Source: Phyllobacterium sp. 21LDTY02-6
Lineage (GTDB): Bacteria; Pseudomonadota; Alphaproteobacteria; Rhizobiales; Rhizobiaceae
Length of the DNA stretch: 40,000 bases
NCBI RefSeq assembly: GCF_023554255.2
Contig: NZ_JAMJWD020000001.1
Coordinates: 796,755 to 836,754, forward strand
Direction of reading: 5' to 3'
In this document: positions 24,101 through 32,692 of the stretch, one piece after another
Layout of the letters: each line of letters starts with the position of its first letter
Numbering within the stretch: the first letter of the stretch is position 1
The notes under the pieces: model-generated
Databases searched by the model: none
What the model was told of the DNA's origin: nothing
What the model saw: only the letters and a program-made list of their open reading frames with translations
Translations under genes and position numbers: made by a program

Positions 24101-24177
24101 TGCGGAGTGGAGAAGTAGTCATCTCGCCGGTCTCATAAACCGGAGATCGTCGGTGCAAATCCGACCTGCCGCAACCA
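24101..24177 (+). tRNA. Non-canonical tRNA-like element with CAU anticodon (pseudo-tRNA or phage tRNA)
   Basis: D arm GAGA-AGTAGTCA-TCTC, anticodon arm CCGGT-CTCATAA-ACCGG, T arm GTCGG-TGCAAAT-CCGAC, 3' ACCA. However, the acceptor has a mismatch plus an extra nucleotide, position 55 is G, and G19 is absent. Confidence 0.4.
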
Positions 24178-24179
24178 CT

Positions 24180-24353
24180 TCATTTGAACTTGCAAAGCTT
24201 TGCCTGGCGAGCTTGCTCTTTCTCAGCCTCCGCCAACGTTTTGAATGGTCCGACGATCTCAGGTTGATCCGATCGTCCTTCAATTCTGAGATAGAACAAC
24301 CCGAGACTTGGCGTGACGTACATCGAAAGCTTTTTGGTCTTCTTTTTGGACAT
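24180..24353 (-). CDS. Possible small basic protein (57 aa)
   Basis: Internal start MSKKKTKKLSMYVTP preceded by AGGTG. ORF only. Confidence 0.35.
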   Translation of the reverse strand: MSKKKTKKLSMYVTPSLGLFYLRIEGRSDQPEIVGPFKTLAEAEKEQARQAKLCKFK

Positions 24354-24521
24354 TGAGCACCTGTGCAAAATGACCAAATAGCAGTTTCGCGGCTAACAAA
24401 TCAACCATGCGAGATCATAATGCGCTGCGTCCGCTTCGTAGGCTTCCGCGCTGACGAATATATGCCAGCCGTAAAGGCGTTCTTCATATTCGGCTCCTGT
24501 ATGCGTTCGTATCGATGAATT

Positions 24522-24546
24522 GGAACGATCAACAGGTTTGCGAGTT
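24522..24546 (+). promoter_or_regulatory. EcfG/general-stress-like promoter (GGAAC-N16-AGTT) upstream of the YciF-like gene
   Basis: GGAAC at 24522-24526 and AGTT at 24543-24546, 33 nt before the ATG at 24579. Confidence 0.4.
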
Positions 24547-24578
24547 GGTTAGGTACTCAATCAAAAGGGAGTACCATC

Positions 24579-25049
24579 ATGAAGACACTCGCGGAGCTGT
24601 TCGAACATACGCTCAAAGATGTCTATTATGCCGAGAACGCAATCGTAAAGGCGCTGCCGAAAGTGTCAGCCGCTGTAAAAAGTGCCGAACTAAAGAAAGC
24701 ACTGGATCACCACCTTGAAGAAACAAAAGGTCAAATTAAAATTCTAGACAAGGTGTTCAAATCGATCAACGTCAAACCCGCCGGTGAAAAATGCGATGCA
24801 ACCGACGGTCTTATTAAGGAGACCGATGGCGTTGTGGCCGAAGCGACGGGCGTCGCACTTGACGCGGGCGCGCTTGCCGCTTGTCAGGCTGTAGAACACT
24901 ACGAGATTGCGCGTTACGGGTCACTTCGTGAGTGGGCAAAGGTGCTCGGAAACGAGGAAGCCCATGTTCTACTCAGTGAAATTCTCGACCAGGAAAAAGC
25001 TGCCAACAACAAGCTGACCAATCTGGCCGTCACTACCATCAACAAATAG
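24579..25049 (+). CDS. YciE/YciF-family (DUF892) ferritin-like stress protein
   Basis: 156 aa. LKDVYYAENAIVKALPK...LDHHLEETKGQIKILDKVF...QAVEHYEIARYGSL...LDQEKAANNKL is typical of DUF892. Confidence 0.85.
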   Translation: MKTLAELFEHTLKDVYYAENAIVKALPKVSAAVKSAELKKALDHHLEETKGQIKILDKVFKSINVKPAGEKCDATDGLIKETDGVVAEATGVALDAGALAACQAVEHYEIARYGSLREWAKVLGNEEAHVLLSEILDQEKAANNKLTNLAVTTINK

Positions 25050-25131
25050 TCTTCCAGATTTGCAGTCATCCCGCACAATAGGTGCGCCTGCGGCAGTCTA
25101 CGGGCTGCCGTTTTCATTTGGAGCAATCACC

Positions 25132-25254
25132 ATGAACCGCAGATCAATCCTGGCACTCCTCGGATTTGCTCCCATAGCCGGCGCTGCTGCCGCAATGCCT
25201 CGCGCTGCTGATCCGGTAAAGCTGGCAAGCACCGGGGGGACGTGGAAGGTCTAA
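25132..25254 (+). CDS. Possible 40-aa peptide with twin-arginine-like signal
   Basis: Internal start MNRRSILALLGFAPIAGAAAA after GGAG. It may be a gene fragment. Confidence 0.3.
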   Translation: MNRRSILALLGFAPIAGAAAAMPRAADPVKLASTGGTWKV

Positions 25255-25276
25255 GGAAAGTCGTCTAGAATCCCGA

Positions 25277-25801
25277 TTATAAAGGATTAGCGTTCGGTGG
25301 GACCAACACAAACTTGTCTGTGTTCGCTTTCATTTCAGCCCACACATGATCGGGAATATAGTGGGGCCAAGACAATTGCTGGTGTTGACCACCAGGTCGA
25401 GAGATTAAACCCTTACTAAGCAATCCAACCAATCGACCCTCGCCGTAGGGATACGGAAAAGACTGAGTATTTCGTTTGAGAAGGTACGCCATAATTGCGT
25501 GTTCCTGGTCAGGTAAGTCGTAGAGTAGTTTTATGTGCCTCGCGATATGTGCACGAGTGGCAAACCAGCTTCTGACCGATGCAATACAATCGATTACTAC
25601 AAGGATCACTTTCACAAAGCAGATGCCGACAGCGAACAAGAAAATAATCAAAGCGGCCGCAAGAAAAGCCGGTCCAATCAAATCTGCATAGGGCAAATTG
25701 TAATAATTTGCGCCCAGGGTACCCCCGCTACCGATGAGCGCCACCAATGCAATTGGCCAGGACACGCTAAGCGCTTCGATAAAGTCTTTTAGGCTTGGCA
25801 C
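25277..25801 (-). CDS. Superinfection-exclusion SieB-like membrane protein
   Basis: 174 aa. GTG start after GGGGAG. Two N-terminal TM helices, then LLYDLPDQEHAIMAYLLKRNTQSF...LLSKGLISR, which resembles the SieB (PF14163) pattern from memory. AT-rich. Confidence 0.55.
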   Translation of the reverse strand: MPSLKDFIEALSVSWPIALVALIGSGGTLGANYYNLPYADLIGPAFLAAALIIFLFAVGICFVKVILVVIDCIASVRSWFATRAHIARHIKLLYDLPDQEHAIMAYLLKRNTQSFPYPYGEGRLVGLLSKGLISRPGGQHQQLSWPHYIPDHVWAEMKANTDKFVLVPPNANPL

Positions 25802-25866
25802 AATAGCTCCCCATTTTTAAATTTGATCCAACAGCTTCGCTCTCGGGAAAGCAAGAGGTGTGCCGC

Positions 25867-26496
25867 ATGTTCATGTCTCGCCCACTGCCACCAGAAGCGA
25901 TCACTGCCATTGACGCAACGAGCACCTTTGCGCCAGCTCCCCAATTGGTAGAGTGGGCCAGGGCGACTTTCATCAACGAAGACGCCAAGCTGTTTAACCC
26001 GGATCACTTCCATCTCAACAGCGCCTCGCTTGGCATTCTCTGGACCAACGTCAGTAACACCCGCAAGGGGCGCAGCATCATAGGCCAGTGCGAAGAGGGC
26101 AAGCCATCTGGCATGATGGGCAAATGGGGTAAGGCCCGAGCAGAAGAGCAGATCGTCGGATGGTTCGGCACGATACCCGATTTCATCATCACGATAGATG
26201 CTCTCTACGCCGTGGAATGTTCGGATGCTGAATTTTGCGCGCTGATCGAGCATGAGCTTTACCACGCGGCACAAGAGCGAGATCCTTTCGGTGCTCCCAA
26301 GTTCAGCAAGAGTACTGGCATGCCGATATTCACTCTACGGGGACATGACGTGGAAGAGTTCGTCGGCGTGGTCAGGCGATATGGAGCTGACGCCACCCAA
26401 ATTCGGGCGCTCGTCGATGCAGCCAATGCAGGACCAGAGATCGCCAACGTTCGTATCGCAAATGCATGCGGCACCTGTCAGCTTCGTGCTGCTTGA
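25867..26496 (+). CDS. Putative phage metallopeptidase (HExxH)
   Basis: ATG at 25867, 8 nt after AAGAGG (the track ORF uses GTG at 25858). HELYH motif within EFCALIEHELYHAAQERD. Confidence 0.65.
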   Translation: MFMSRPLPPEAITAIDATSTFAPAPQLVEWARATFINEDAKLFNPDHFHLNSASLGILWTNVSNTRKGRSIIGQCEEGKPSGMMGKWGKARAEEQIVGWFGTIPDFIITIDALYAVECSDAEFCALIEHELYHAAQERDPFGAPKFSKSTGMPIFTLRGHDVEEFVGVVRRYGADATQIRALVDAANAGPEIANVRIANACGTCQLRAA

Positions 26497-26497
26497 A

Positions 26498-26860
26498 CTA
26501 ACTGGTGTAGTCTGGAACGCGTCCGAGAACAGAAAAGTTGTAAATGGGATGATGTTTGGGGTCGCCGTATCTCAAGACCGCCAGCTTGCGCTTATCTAGA
26601 TCGATACGAACAATTTCAACGCTGTCACTGAATGTGCGAAGATTTTTGGCGTACCAATAGCCGATGGTTAAACTTCCAGCTCGTTTCGCCTGATCGTGAA
26701 TCTTGGCGATTGTTCGATAATTATAGTGGAGCTGTGCGGCGCCGTGTGTCCAGCTTGAAATAGCCTGTTGGGAAACCCCCATCCGCTTTGCCAACTCGGA
26801 TTGATTCATTCTAGTAAGCCTCATGATCTCCATGATCTTGTCGGCCGAAGAAAGTTCCAT
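26498..26860 (-). CDS. XRE-family HTH regulator with ~70-aa unknown C-terminal domain
   Basis: 120 aa. Strong RBS GGGAGGTGG. HTH MNQSELAKRMGVSQQAISSWTHG. Confidence 0.8.
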   Translation of the reverse strand: MELSSADKIMEIMRLTRMNQSELAKRMGVSQQAISSWTHGAAQLHYNYRTIAKIHDQAKRAGSLTIGYWYAKNLRTFSDSVEIVRIDLDKRKLAVLRYGDPKHHPIYNFSVLGRVPDYTS

Positions 26861-26899
26861 TATTCCACCTCCCTTTTTTGACCGGACTTTGACATAGCC

Positions 26900-27364
26900 A
26901 TGGCTAAAGCGAAACTCTCAGATGAGGTGAAAACCTACATCGTGCAGGCCGTGGCATGTTTTGACAGTCCATCTGTAGTCGCTGCTGCGGTCAAGAAGGA
27001 GATGGGCATCGAGGTCAGCCGTCAGTTGGTGGAAAGCCACGATCCGAACAAGAAGGCCGCTTCAGGATTGGCTCCGAAGTGGAGGGCGCTGTTCGAGGAG
27101 ACGCGCAAGACCTTTCTCGAAGACACTGCCACGATAGCCATTTCTCATCGGGCAGTTCGGCTCCGAGCATTGCAGCGCATGGCCGACAAGGCTGAAACCC
27201 AAGGAAATATGGTTCTTGCCGCGTCCCTGATGAAGCAGGCGGCCGAGGAAATTGGCAACGCCTATACGAACCGGCGCGAACTCACGGGGAAGGATGGAAA
27301 GGATTTGCCGGTGCCAGTATCGCCGGTGACGATATTCCAGTTGCCCGACAATGGCAGGAGCTGA
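26900..27364 (+). CDS. Terminase small subunit (DUF2280-like)
   Basis: MAKAKLSDEVKTYIVQAVACFDSPSVVAAAVKKEMG matches my recollection of DUF2280 TerS. Immediately upstream of TerL. Confidence 0.7.
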   Translation: MAKAKLSDEVKTYIVQAVACFDSPSVVAAAVKKEMGIEVSRQLVESHDPNKKAASGLAPKWRALFEETRKTFLEDTATIAISHRAVRLRALQRMADKAETQGNMVLAASLMKQAAEEIGNAYTNRRELTGKDGKDLPVPVSPVTIFQLPDNGRS

Positions 27365-28769
27365 AGCAGGGCAGGCGGCCCAAACCATAATCCGTCCTCA
27401 ACCGGGACCGCAGACTGCCTTTCTGGCTTCGCCGGCCGATATCGCGATCTATGGCGGGTCAGCTGGCGGTGGCAAGACATGGGCTCTCCTAATGGAGCCT
27501 TTGCGCCATGTTGCCAATCCGCAGTTCGGTGCAGTGTTCTTCCGTCGATCGACTGTGCAGGTGCGCAACGAGGGCGGGCTCTGGGACGAGAGCGAGAAGC
27601 TCTACCCGAGCATAGGTGCGGCGCCGAAAGAACACGTTCTTGAATGGAAGTTTCCGTCCGGCTCTTCGGTCTCCTTTGCTCACCTGGAGCACGACAAGAC
27701 AGTGCTCAACTGGCAGGGATCACAGATACCGCTCATCTGCTTCGATGAGCTGACGCATTTCAGCGCCAAGCAGTTCTGGTACATGGTTTCGCGCAACCGC
27801 TCGATGAGCGGCGTGCGGCCATATATCAGAGCAACATGCAATCCTGATGCTGACAGCTGGGTCGCCGAGTTCATCGCCTGGTGGATCGATCCTGATACGG
27901 GATTGCCGATACCGGAGCGGGCAGGCGTCCTGCGCTGGTTCGTCCGCATAGGTGACGCGATCATCTGGGGGAGTAGCCCGGGAGAACTCGCACACTACAC
28001 GGCGCCGAATGAAGATGGGATTGAGGCGCCGATACCTCCGAAGTCGGTAACGTTCATCCCGGCCAAGCTCAGCGATAACCGCGCGCTGATGGCAGCAGAT
28101 CCAAGCTACCTTGCGAGCCTTATGGCGCTTCCAACTGTGGAGCGCGAGCGGCTGCTCGGAGGCAACTGGAAGATCAGGCCAGCGGCTGGGCTCTACTTCC
28201 AGAGAGCGTGGTGCCAGATTGTCGACGCCGTGCCATCGGATATCACATGGATCCGCGGTTGGGATTTGGCGGGAACACCAAAGACAGAAAGCAATGACCC
28301 TGATTGGACTTGCGGTACCAAGATGGGAATGACCCGAGACGGTCGTTACTTCGTTGCTGATCATCGCAGAGATAGGGCGAGCCCTGCCGGTGTCGAACGC
28401 ATGATCAAGAACACAGCCGATCGCGATGGAATAACGGTGGGTATTTCACTGCCGCAGGATCCGGGGCAAGCAGGCAAAAGCCAGATCGCAACGCTGACAA
28501 AATTGCTGGCTGGCTACAACGTTCGGTCTTCGCCCGAATCTGGTGACAAAATTACTCGTTTTGGCGGGTTCTCAGCGCAGGCCGAGGCAGGAAACGTGTT
28601 TGTTGTCCGCGGTAGTTGGAACGAAATCTGGTTCTCTGAGCTCGAAGGCTTTCCCGAAGCCACACATGATGATGATGCGGATAGTACAAGCCGAGCCTTC
28701 AATGCCTTGCTTTCCGGCGGGTCGCCCGCGCCACTCTTCGGAACATATGGACGGATAGCAAATGGTTAA
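27351..28769 (+). CDS. Terminase large subunit
   Basis: 472 aa. Walker A YGGSAGGGKTWALL, Walker B-like LICFDELTHF, C-terminal nuclease-like acidic motifs. Confidence 0.9.
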   Translation: MAGAEAGQAAQTIIRPQPGPQTAFLASPADIAIYGGSAGGGKTWALLMEPLRHVANPQFGAVFFRRSTVQVRNEGGLWDESEKLYPSIGAAPKEHVLEWKFPSGSSVSFAHLEHDKTVLNWQGSQIPLICFDELTHFSAKQFWYMVSRNRSMSGVRPYIRATCNPDADSWVAEFIAWWIDPDTGLPIPERAGVLRWFVRIGDAIIWGSSPGELAHYTAPNEDGIEAPIPPKSVTFIPAKLSDNRALMAADPSYLASLMALPTVERERLLGGNWKIRPAAGLYFQRAWCQIVDAVPSDITWIRGWDLAGTPKTESNDPDWTCGTKMGMTRDGRYFVADHRRDRASPAGVERMIKNTADRDGITVGISLPQDPGQAGKSQIATLTKLLAGYNVRSSPESGDKITRFGGFSAQAEAGNVFVVRGSWNEIWFSELEGFPEATHDDDADSTSRAFNALLSGGSPAPLFGTYGRIANG

Positions 28770-30264
28770 TAACACGCCCGATACACCATCTTGCGATTAC
28801 CTCGCCATGAGTCCGTACTGGTGCATGGTGGAAACGATGCTTGAAGGTGCTCAAGCCATGCGTGCGGCCGGCAAGGCTTATCTGCCCCAGTTTCCAAATG
28901 AAACTGAAACCAACTACGAGTACCGGCGCAAGAACGCCAAGTTCACCAATGTGTTTCGCGATCTGGTCGAGGGCCTAGCTGCCAAGCCATTCGCCAAGCA
29001 GGTTGATCTCGTTGAAAAGTCGGCTTCGCCCGCAATCAAATCATTTGTCGAGGACGTTGACGGAGCCGGCAATCATCTACATGTTTTCGCTGGCGATGTG
29101 TTCTTCAATGGCATTGCGAGCGCGATAGATTGGATGCTCGTCGATCATACGGCTGTCCCAACGGGAATTAGCGCCACCGATGAGCGCAGGATGGGAGCGC
29201 GGCCCTATTGGGTTCGTATTCCGGCCACCCGCATGAAGTGGGTCGAATCCGCGATGATCGAGGGCAAGGAGCAATTCGTCTACGCCGCCATTCATGAGCC
29301 AACCACAGTTCGCAAAGGCTTTGATGAGGTCACGATAGACCGGATGCGCCTTTTGATCCGGGACAGGGCCGATGACGGTTCCTATGGTCCGGCACGATTT
29401 GAGATTTGGGAAGCGACCGCGGCAAAGGTCGGAAGCAAATCGACTTCGGTCAATTGGGTGATGAAGGAAAATGGCCCAATCTCGATCGGTGTCATCGCAC
29501 TTGTCCCATTCATGACCGGCCGTCGCAAGGAAGGTACATGGCAACTCCTTCCTCCGATGAAGGATGCGGCTTACCTGCAGGTCGAACACTACCAACAGGA
29601 AACCAATCTAAAATCGGCCAAAGAACTGACTGCATTCCCGATGCTGGCAGGTAATGGCATTTCTCCTCCGCTCGATAGCAACGGTCAGCCGGTGATAGCT
29701 CCGATAGGCCCGTCTGTAGTGCTCTATGCCCCGATGGGAGGGCAGGGTCAGCAGCATGGCGAATGGAAGTTTATTGAACCGACAGCGGCTTCCCTGAAGT
29801 TCTTAGCTGAAGAGGTAGACAAGACCGAGCAGCAGCTCCGCGAGCTTGGCCGTCAGCCGCTTACAGCCCAAACTGGCAATCTGACAGTCGTGACAACTGC
29901 CTTTGCCGCTCAGAAGGGCAATTCGGCTGTCCAGGCATGGGCATTGAATCTCAAGGATGCGCTCGAGCAGGCGCTGAGGTTCACGTGCTTATGGTTAAAG
30001 GATGCCACGCAGCCGGAAGTGACGGTTTACACTGACTTTGATGTCGAGACAGACAGCGTCGAGGGCATGAAGGTCGTCCTCGATATGAAGAAAGAAAGCC
30101 TGATCTCGCGCGTCGCTGCAATCAATGAAGCCAAGCGCCGGAACATCCTCGCTCCTGAATATGATGAAGCTGAAGATCTAGAACTTATTCTATCGGAAAT
30201 CCCCGGCGAGGATGGCGAGGACGATATTGCCGGATCGGTAACCCCGCCGGCAAACGCGGCCTGA
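28762..30264 (+). CDS. Portal protein (DUF4055-type)
   Basis: 500 aa, directly after TerL with an 8-nt overlap. Acidic C-terminus. Confidence 0.8.
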   Translation: MVNNTPDTPSCDYLAMSPYWCMVETMLEGAQAMRAAGKAYLPQFPNETETNYEYRRKNAKFTNVFRDLVEGLAAKPFAKQVDLVEKSASPAIKSFVEDVDGAGNHLHVFAGDVFFNGIASAIDWMLVDHTAVPTGISATDERRMGARPYWVRIPATRMKWVESAMIEGKEQFVYAAIHEPTTVRKGFDEVTIDRMRLLIRDRADDGSYGPARFEIWEATAAKVGSKSTSVNWVMKENGPISIGVIALVPFMTGRRKEGTWQLLPPMKDAAYLQVEHYQQETNLKSAKELTAFPMLAGNGISPPLDSNGQPVIAPIGPSVVLYAPMGGQGQQHGEWKFIEPTAASLKFLAEEVDKTEQQLRELGRQPLTAQTGNLTVVTTAFAAQKGNSAVQAWALNLKDALEQALRFTCLWLKDATQPEVTVYTDFDVETDSVEGMKVVLDMKKESLISRVAAINEAKRRNILAPEYDEAEDLELILSEIPGEDGEDDIAGSVTPPANAA

Positions 30265-30346
30265 TCACAGACAGTTCAAGTTTCTACCGTCTCGGCAGGG
30301 TGATCCTTCCGGGGCATCTCAACGCGCGGGATGCGCATAATCCGGG

Positions 30347-31135
30347 ATGGATATCACCATGGCACTTAAAGCAATTCTGGCATCGCTCGAGGGCGTCGAC
30401 GATGCAACCAAGGCTCTCTATGTGGAGAAGGACGGGAAGTTCGTCCTCGACGTGGAACCCGTCGACGGCTTCTCCCTCGAAGACGTGTCCGGACTGAAAA
30501 CGGCACTCGGCAAGGAGCGGACAACCCGCGAGAAGCTGGAAAAGGATGTGGTCAAGTTTAAGGATCTCGATCCGGACAAGGCACGTACCGCCCTACTTGA
30601 ACTGGAAGAGCTGAAGAAGCTCGATCCGGCCTCCGAAGCTGACAAGATCGCCAACACGAAGTTTGAGGCGGCAAAAGCCCAATTGCTCCAGAAGCACGAG
30701 GGCGAAATGGGTGAAATCAAGACCCGCAACGGCTTCCTCGAAAGCCAGATCGGCGCTTTGCTAATCGACAATGCGGCGACACTTGCCCTGGCAGAGGCCA
30801 AGGGCTCGGTCGATCTGCTCCTCCCGCACGTTCGCGCTCACACCCGCGTGAAGGAAATCGACGGCAAGTTTGTCGTCGAAGTAGTCGACAAGGACGGCAA
30901 CGCCAAGATCGCTGATTCCAAGGGAACGCCCATGGATATCAAAGGGCTGGTCGCAGAGATGCGCCAGTCAGACACTTTCGGCCGGGCCTTTGAGGCGTCC
31001 GGCAATACGGGCACTGGCAAGCAGCCAGGCAATGGCGGCGGCGGTGGCCAACAGAAAGGCAATTTCGGTGGGACGCGCGAGGAGCGCGCAGCGGCAATCG
31101 CTGCCAAGTTCCCCGACCTCAACAACGCGAGCTAA
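30347..31135 (+). CDS. Scaffolding protein
   Basis: 262 aa, helical and charged, with a Gly-rich tail. Lies between the portal and capsid genes. Alternative start at 30359. Confidence 0.65.
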   Translation: MDITMALKAILASLEGVDDATKALYVEKDGKFVLDVEPVDGFSLEDVSGLKTALGKERTTREKLEKDVVKFKDLDPDKARTALLELEELKKLDPASEADKIANTKFEAAKAQLLQKHEGEMGEIKTRNGFLESQIGALLIDNAATLALAEAKGSVDLLLPHVRAHTRVKEIDGKFVVEVVDKDGNAKIADSKGTPMDIKGLVAEMRQSDTFGRAFEASGNTGTGKQPGNGGGGGQQKGNFGGTREERAAAIAAKFPDLNNAS

Positions 31136-31243
31136 TCGCAACCCTTTCGCTGCTGTCTCGGGATGAGAAGCGGCACTACCGAGGCGGGAAGCCTCTCTCA
31201 AACCGAACAATTCTCCCGAGACAAACCGTGAAAGGATTTTTCC

Positions 31244-32215
31244 ATGTCTCTCTCCCAGATGCAGGTTTTCAACCAGTACATCATGCCTGCCACCATCGAA
31301 ACTCTCGCCCAGATGGTCGAGAAGTTCAACGGCGCCAGCAATGGCGCAATCCGGCTGACCACAGCGGGCTTTGACGGCGATTTCCTCCAGGAATCATTCT
31401 TCGCTGCCATTCATTCTGCCCAGCGTCGTGTCGATCGCTATGCGGCCCAGGCAGCAGCCACCGCAACGGATTTGTCCCAGCTCAAGCATTCTTCGGTGAA
31501 GGTTGCCGGCGGCTTTGGCCCGATCCGCTATGAGCCGTCTCAGTTGACCTGGCTGAACAAGCCGACTGCAGAAGGCATCGAGGTTGCATCCCGCAACTTT
31601 GCCGAAGCCCTACTTGCCGATCAGCTTAACACTGCGATTGCTGCGCTTGTCGCTGCCATCAAGGCTCAGGCTGCCGCGACCGTCGTGGACGTGTCTGCGA
31701 CAAGCGGGATTTCGCAGGTCGCGCTGAACAACTCCCATGCACTGTTCGGCGATCATTCACAGGCGCTGGTCGCTCAGGTCATGAATGGTGCGGCTTACCA
31801 CAAGCTCATCGGTCTTGCTCTGACCAACACCAACCAGCTCTACCAGGCTCAGAATGTCCGTGTTGTCGATATCCTTGGCAAGGCGGTAATCGTGACGGAT
31901 GCTCCGGCGCTGTTCGAGGCCGGCACTCCGGCCAAGCTCAACGTTCTGTCGCTGGCAGAAGGTGCGGCAACCGTGTTCGACGGCGGCGACGTGATCTCCA
32001 ACATCGAGACCTCAAACGGTCAGACCCGTATCGAAACCACGATGCAGGTTGATTACACCTTCGGTCTTTCGCTCAAAGGTTACACCTGGGACGAGGCCAA
32101 CGGTGGCAAATCGCCGACGGACGCTGAACTCGCCACGGGCTCCAACTGGGACAAGGTGGCAACGAGCATCAAGCACACTGCGGGCGTGCTCGCTCAGGGT
32201 GACGCTGCTCAGTAA
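31244..32215 (+). CDS. Major capsid protein
   Basis: 323 aa. Its position after the scaffold gene, AAAGGA RBS, and a downstream hairpin all fit. Confidence 0.75.
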   Translation: MSLSQMQVFNQYIMPATIETLAQMVEKFNGASNGAIRLTTAGFDGDFLQESFFAAIHSAQRRVDRYAAQAAATATDLSQLKHSSVKVAGGFGPIRYEPSQLTWLNKPTAEGIEVASRNFAEALLADQLNTAIAALVAAIKAQAAATVVDVSATSGISQVALNNSHALFGDHSQALVAQVMNGAAYHKLIGLALTNTNQLYQAQNVRVVDILGKAVIVTDAPALFEAGTPAKLNVLSLAEGAATVFDGGDVISNIETSNGQTRIETTMQVDYTFGLSLKGYTWDEANGGKSPTDAELATGSNWDKVATSIKHTAGVLAQGDAAQ

Positions 32216-32237
32216 GCAAACATCAAAGGATGAACGC

Positions 32238-32256
32238 GGCGGGCCAGAAGCCCGCC
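32238..32256 (+). terminator. Stem-loop after the capsid gene (GGCGGGC-CAGAA-GCCCGCC)
   Basis: Perfect 7-bp GC stem, but a weak T tract follows. Probably an attenuating or stabilising hairpin. Confidence 0.4.
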
Positions 32257-32287
32257 GATATTCCGTCGCACCTTAAGGATCAACCCA

Positions 32288-32683
32288 ATGACCGACAAAA
32301 GCTTTGAATTGACCTATTCCGACCAGGGATCAGGATTTGAAAAGGGAAGACGCTATGCGAACCCTCGGTTCTTCTCTTCGGTTCGTGCTGGCGTGAATGC
32401 CGTTACTGTCATCGGCGACTATCCGAAGATCGTTGAAGCCTATGAGGCAAAAGGCATTCCGGTGACGGTTATCGCCGAGCCCCAAAACCCGGTCGTCGAA
32501 GTTCGTGATGTATCTGTCGCCAGTTTTCCTGATGATCTCGGCCTTGTCGACGGCGACACATTTAGCGACGAACAGCTCCGCGCAATCATCTCAGAGGTCA
32601 CCGGCAAGGCCCCGCATCACATGCTGGGACGGGCAAAACTCATCGAGCAGTTTAACGCAGCCTGCCAGGCTGCTGCGGTCTGA
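32288..32683 (+). CDS. Hypothetical head-associated protein (131 aa)
   Basis: AAGGA RBS. Position after the capsid gene. Confidence 0.55.
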   Translation: MTDKSFELTYSDQGSGFEKGRRYANPRFFSSVRAGVNAVTVIGDYPKIVEAYEAKGIPVTVIAEPQNPVVEVRDVSVASFPDDLGLVDGDTFSDEQLRAIISEVTGKAPHHMLGRAKLIEQFNAACQAAAV

Positions 32684-32692
32684 GGTGAACTG

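Noticed and set aside
24101-24177. The tRNA-like element as the prophage attR
   Set aside because: Its sequence is Met/Ile(CAU)-like and shares no obvious identity with the tRNA-Cys 3' end at attL. It also lies in the middle of the phage genome, with terminase and tail genes following.
25789-26274. 161-aa minus-strand ORF
   Set aside because: It is antisense to the HExxH peptidase ORF, with no RBS and no motif.
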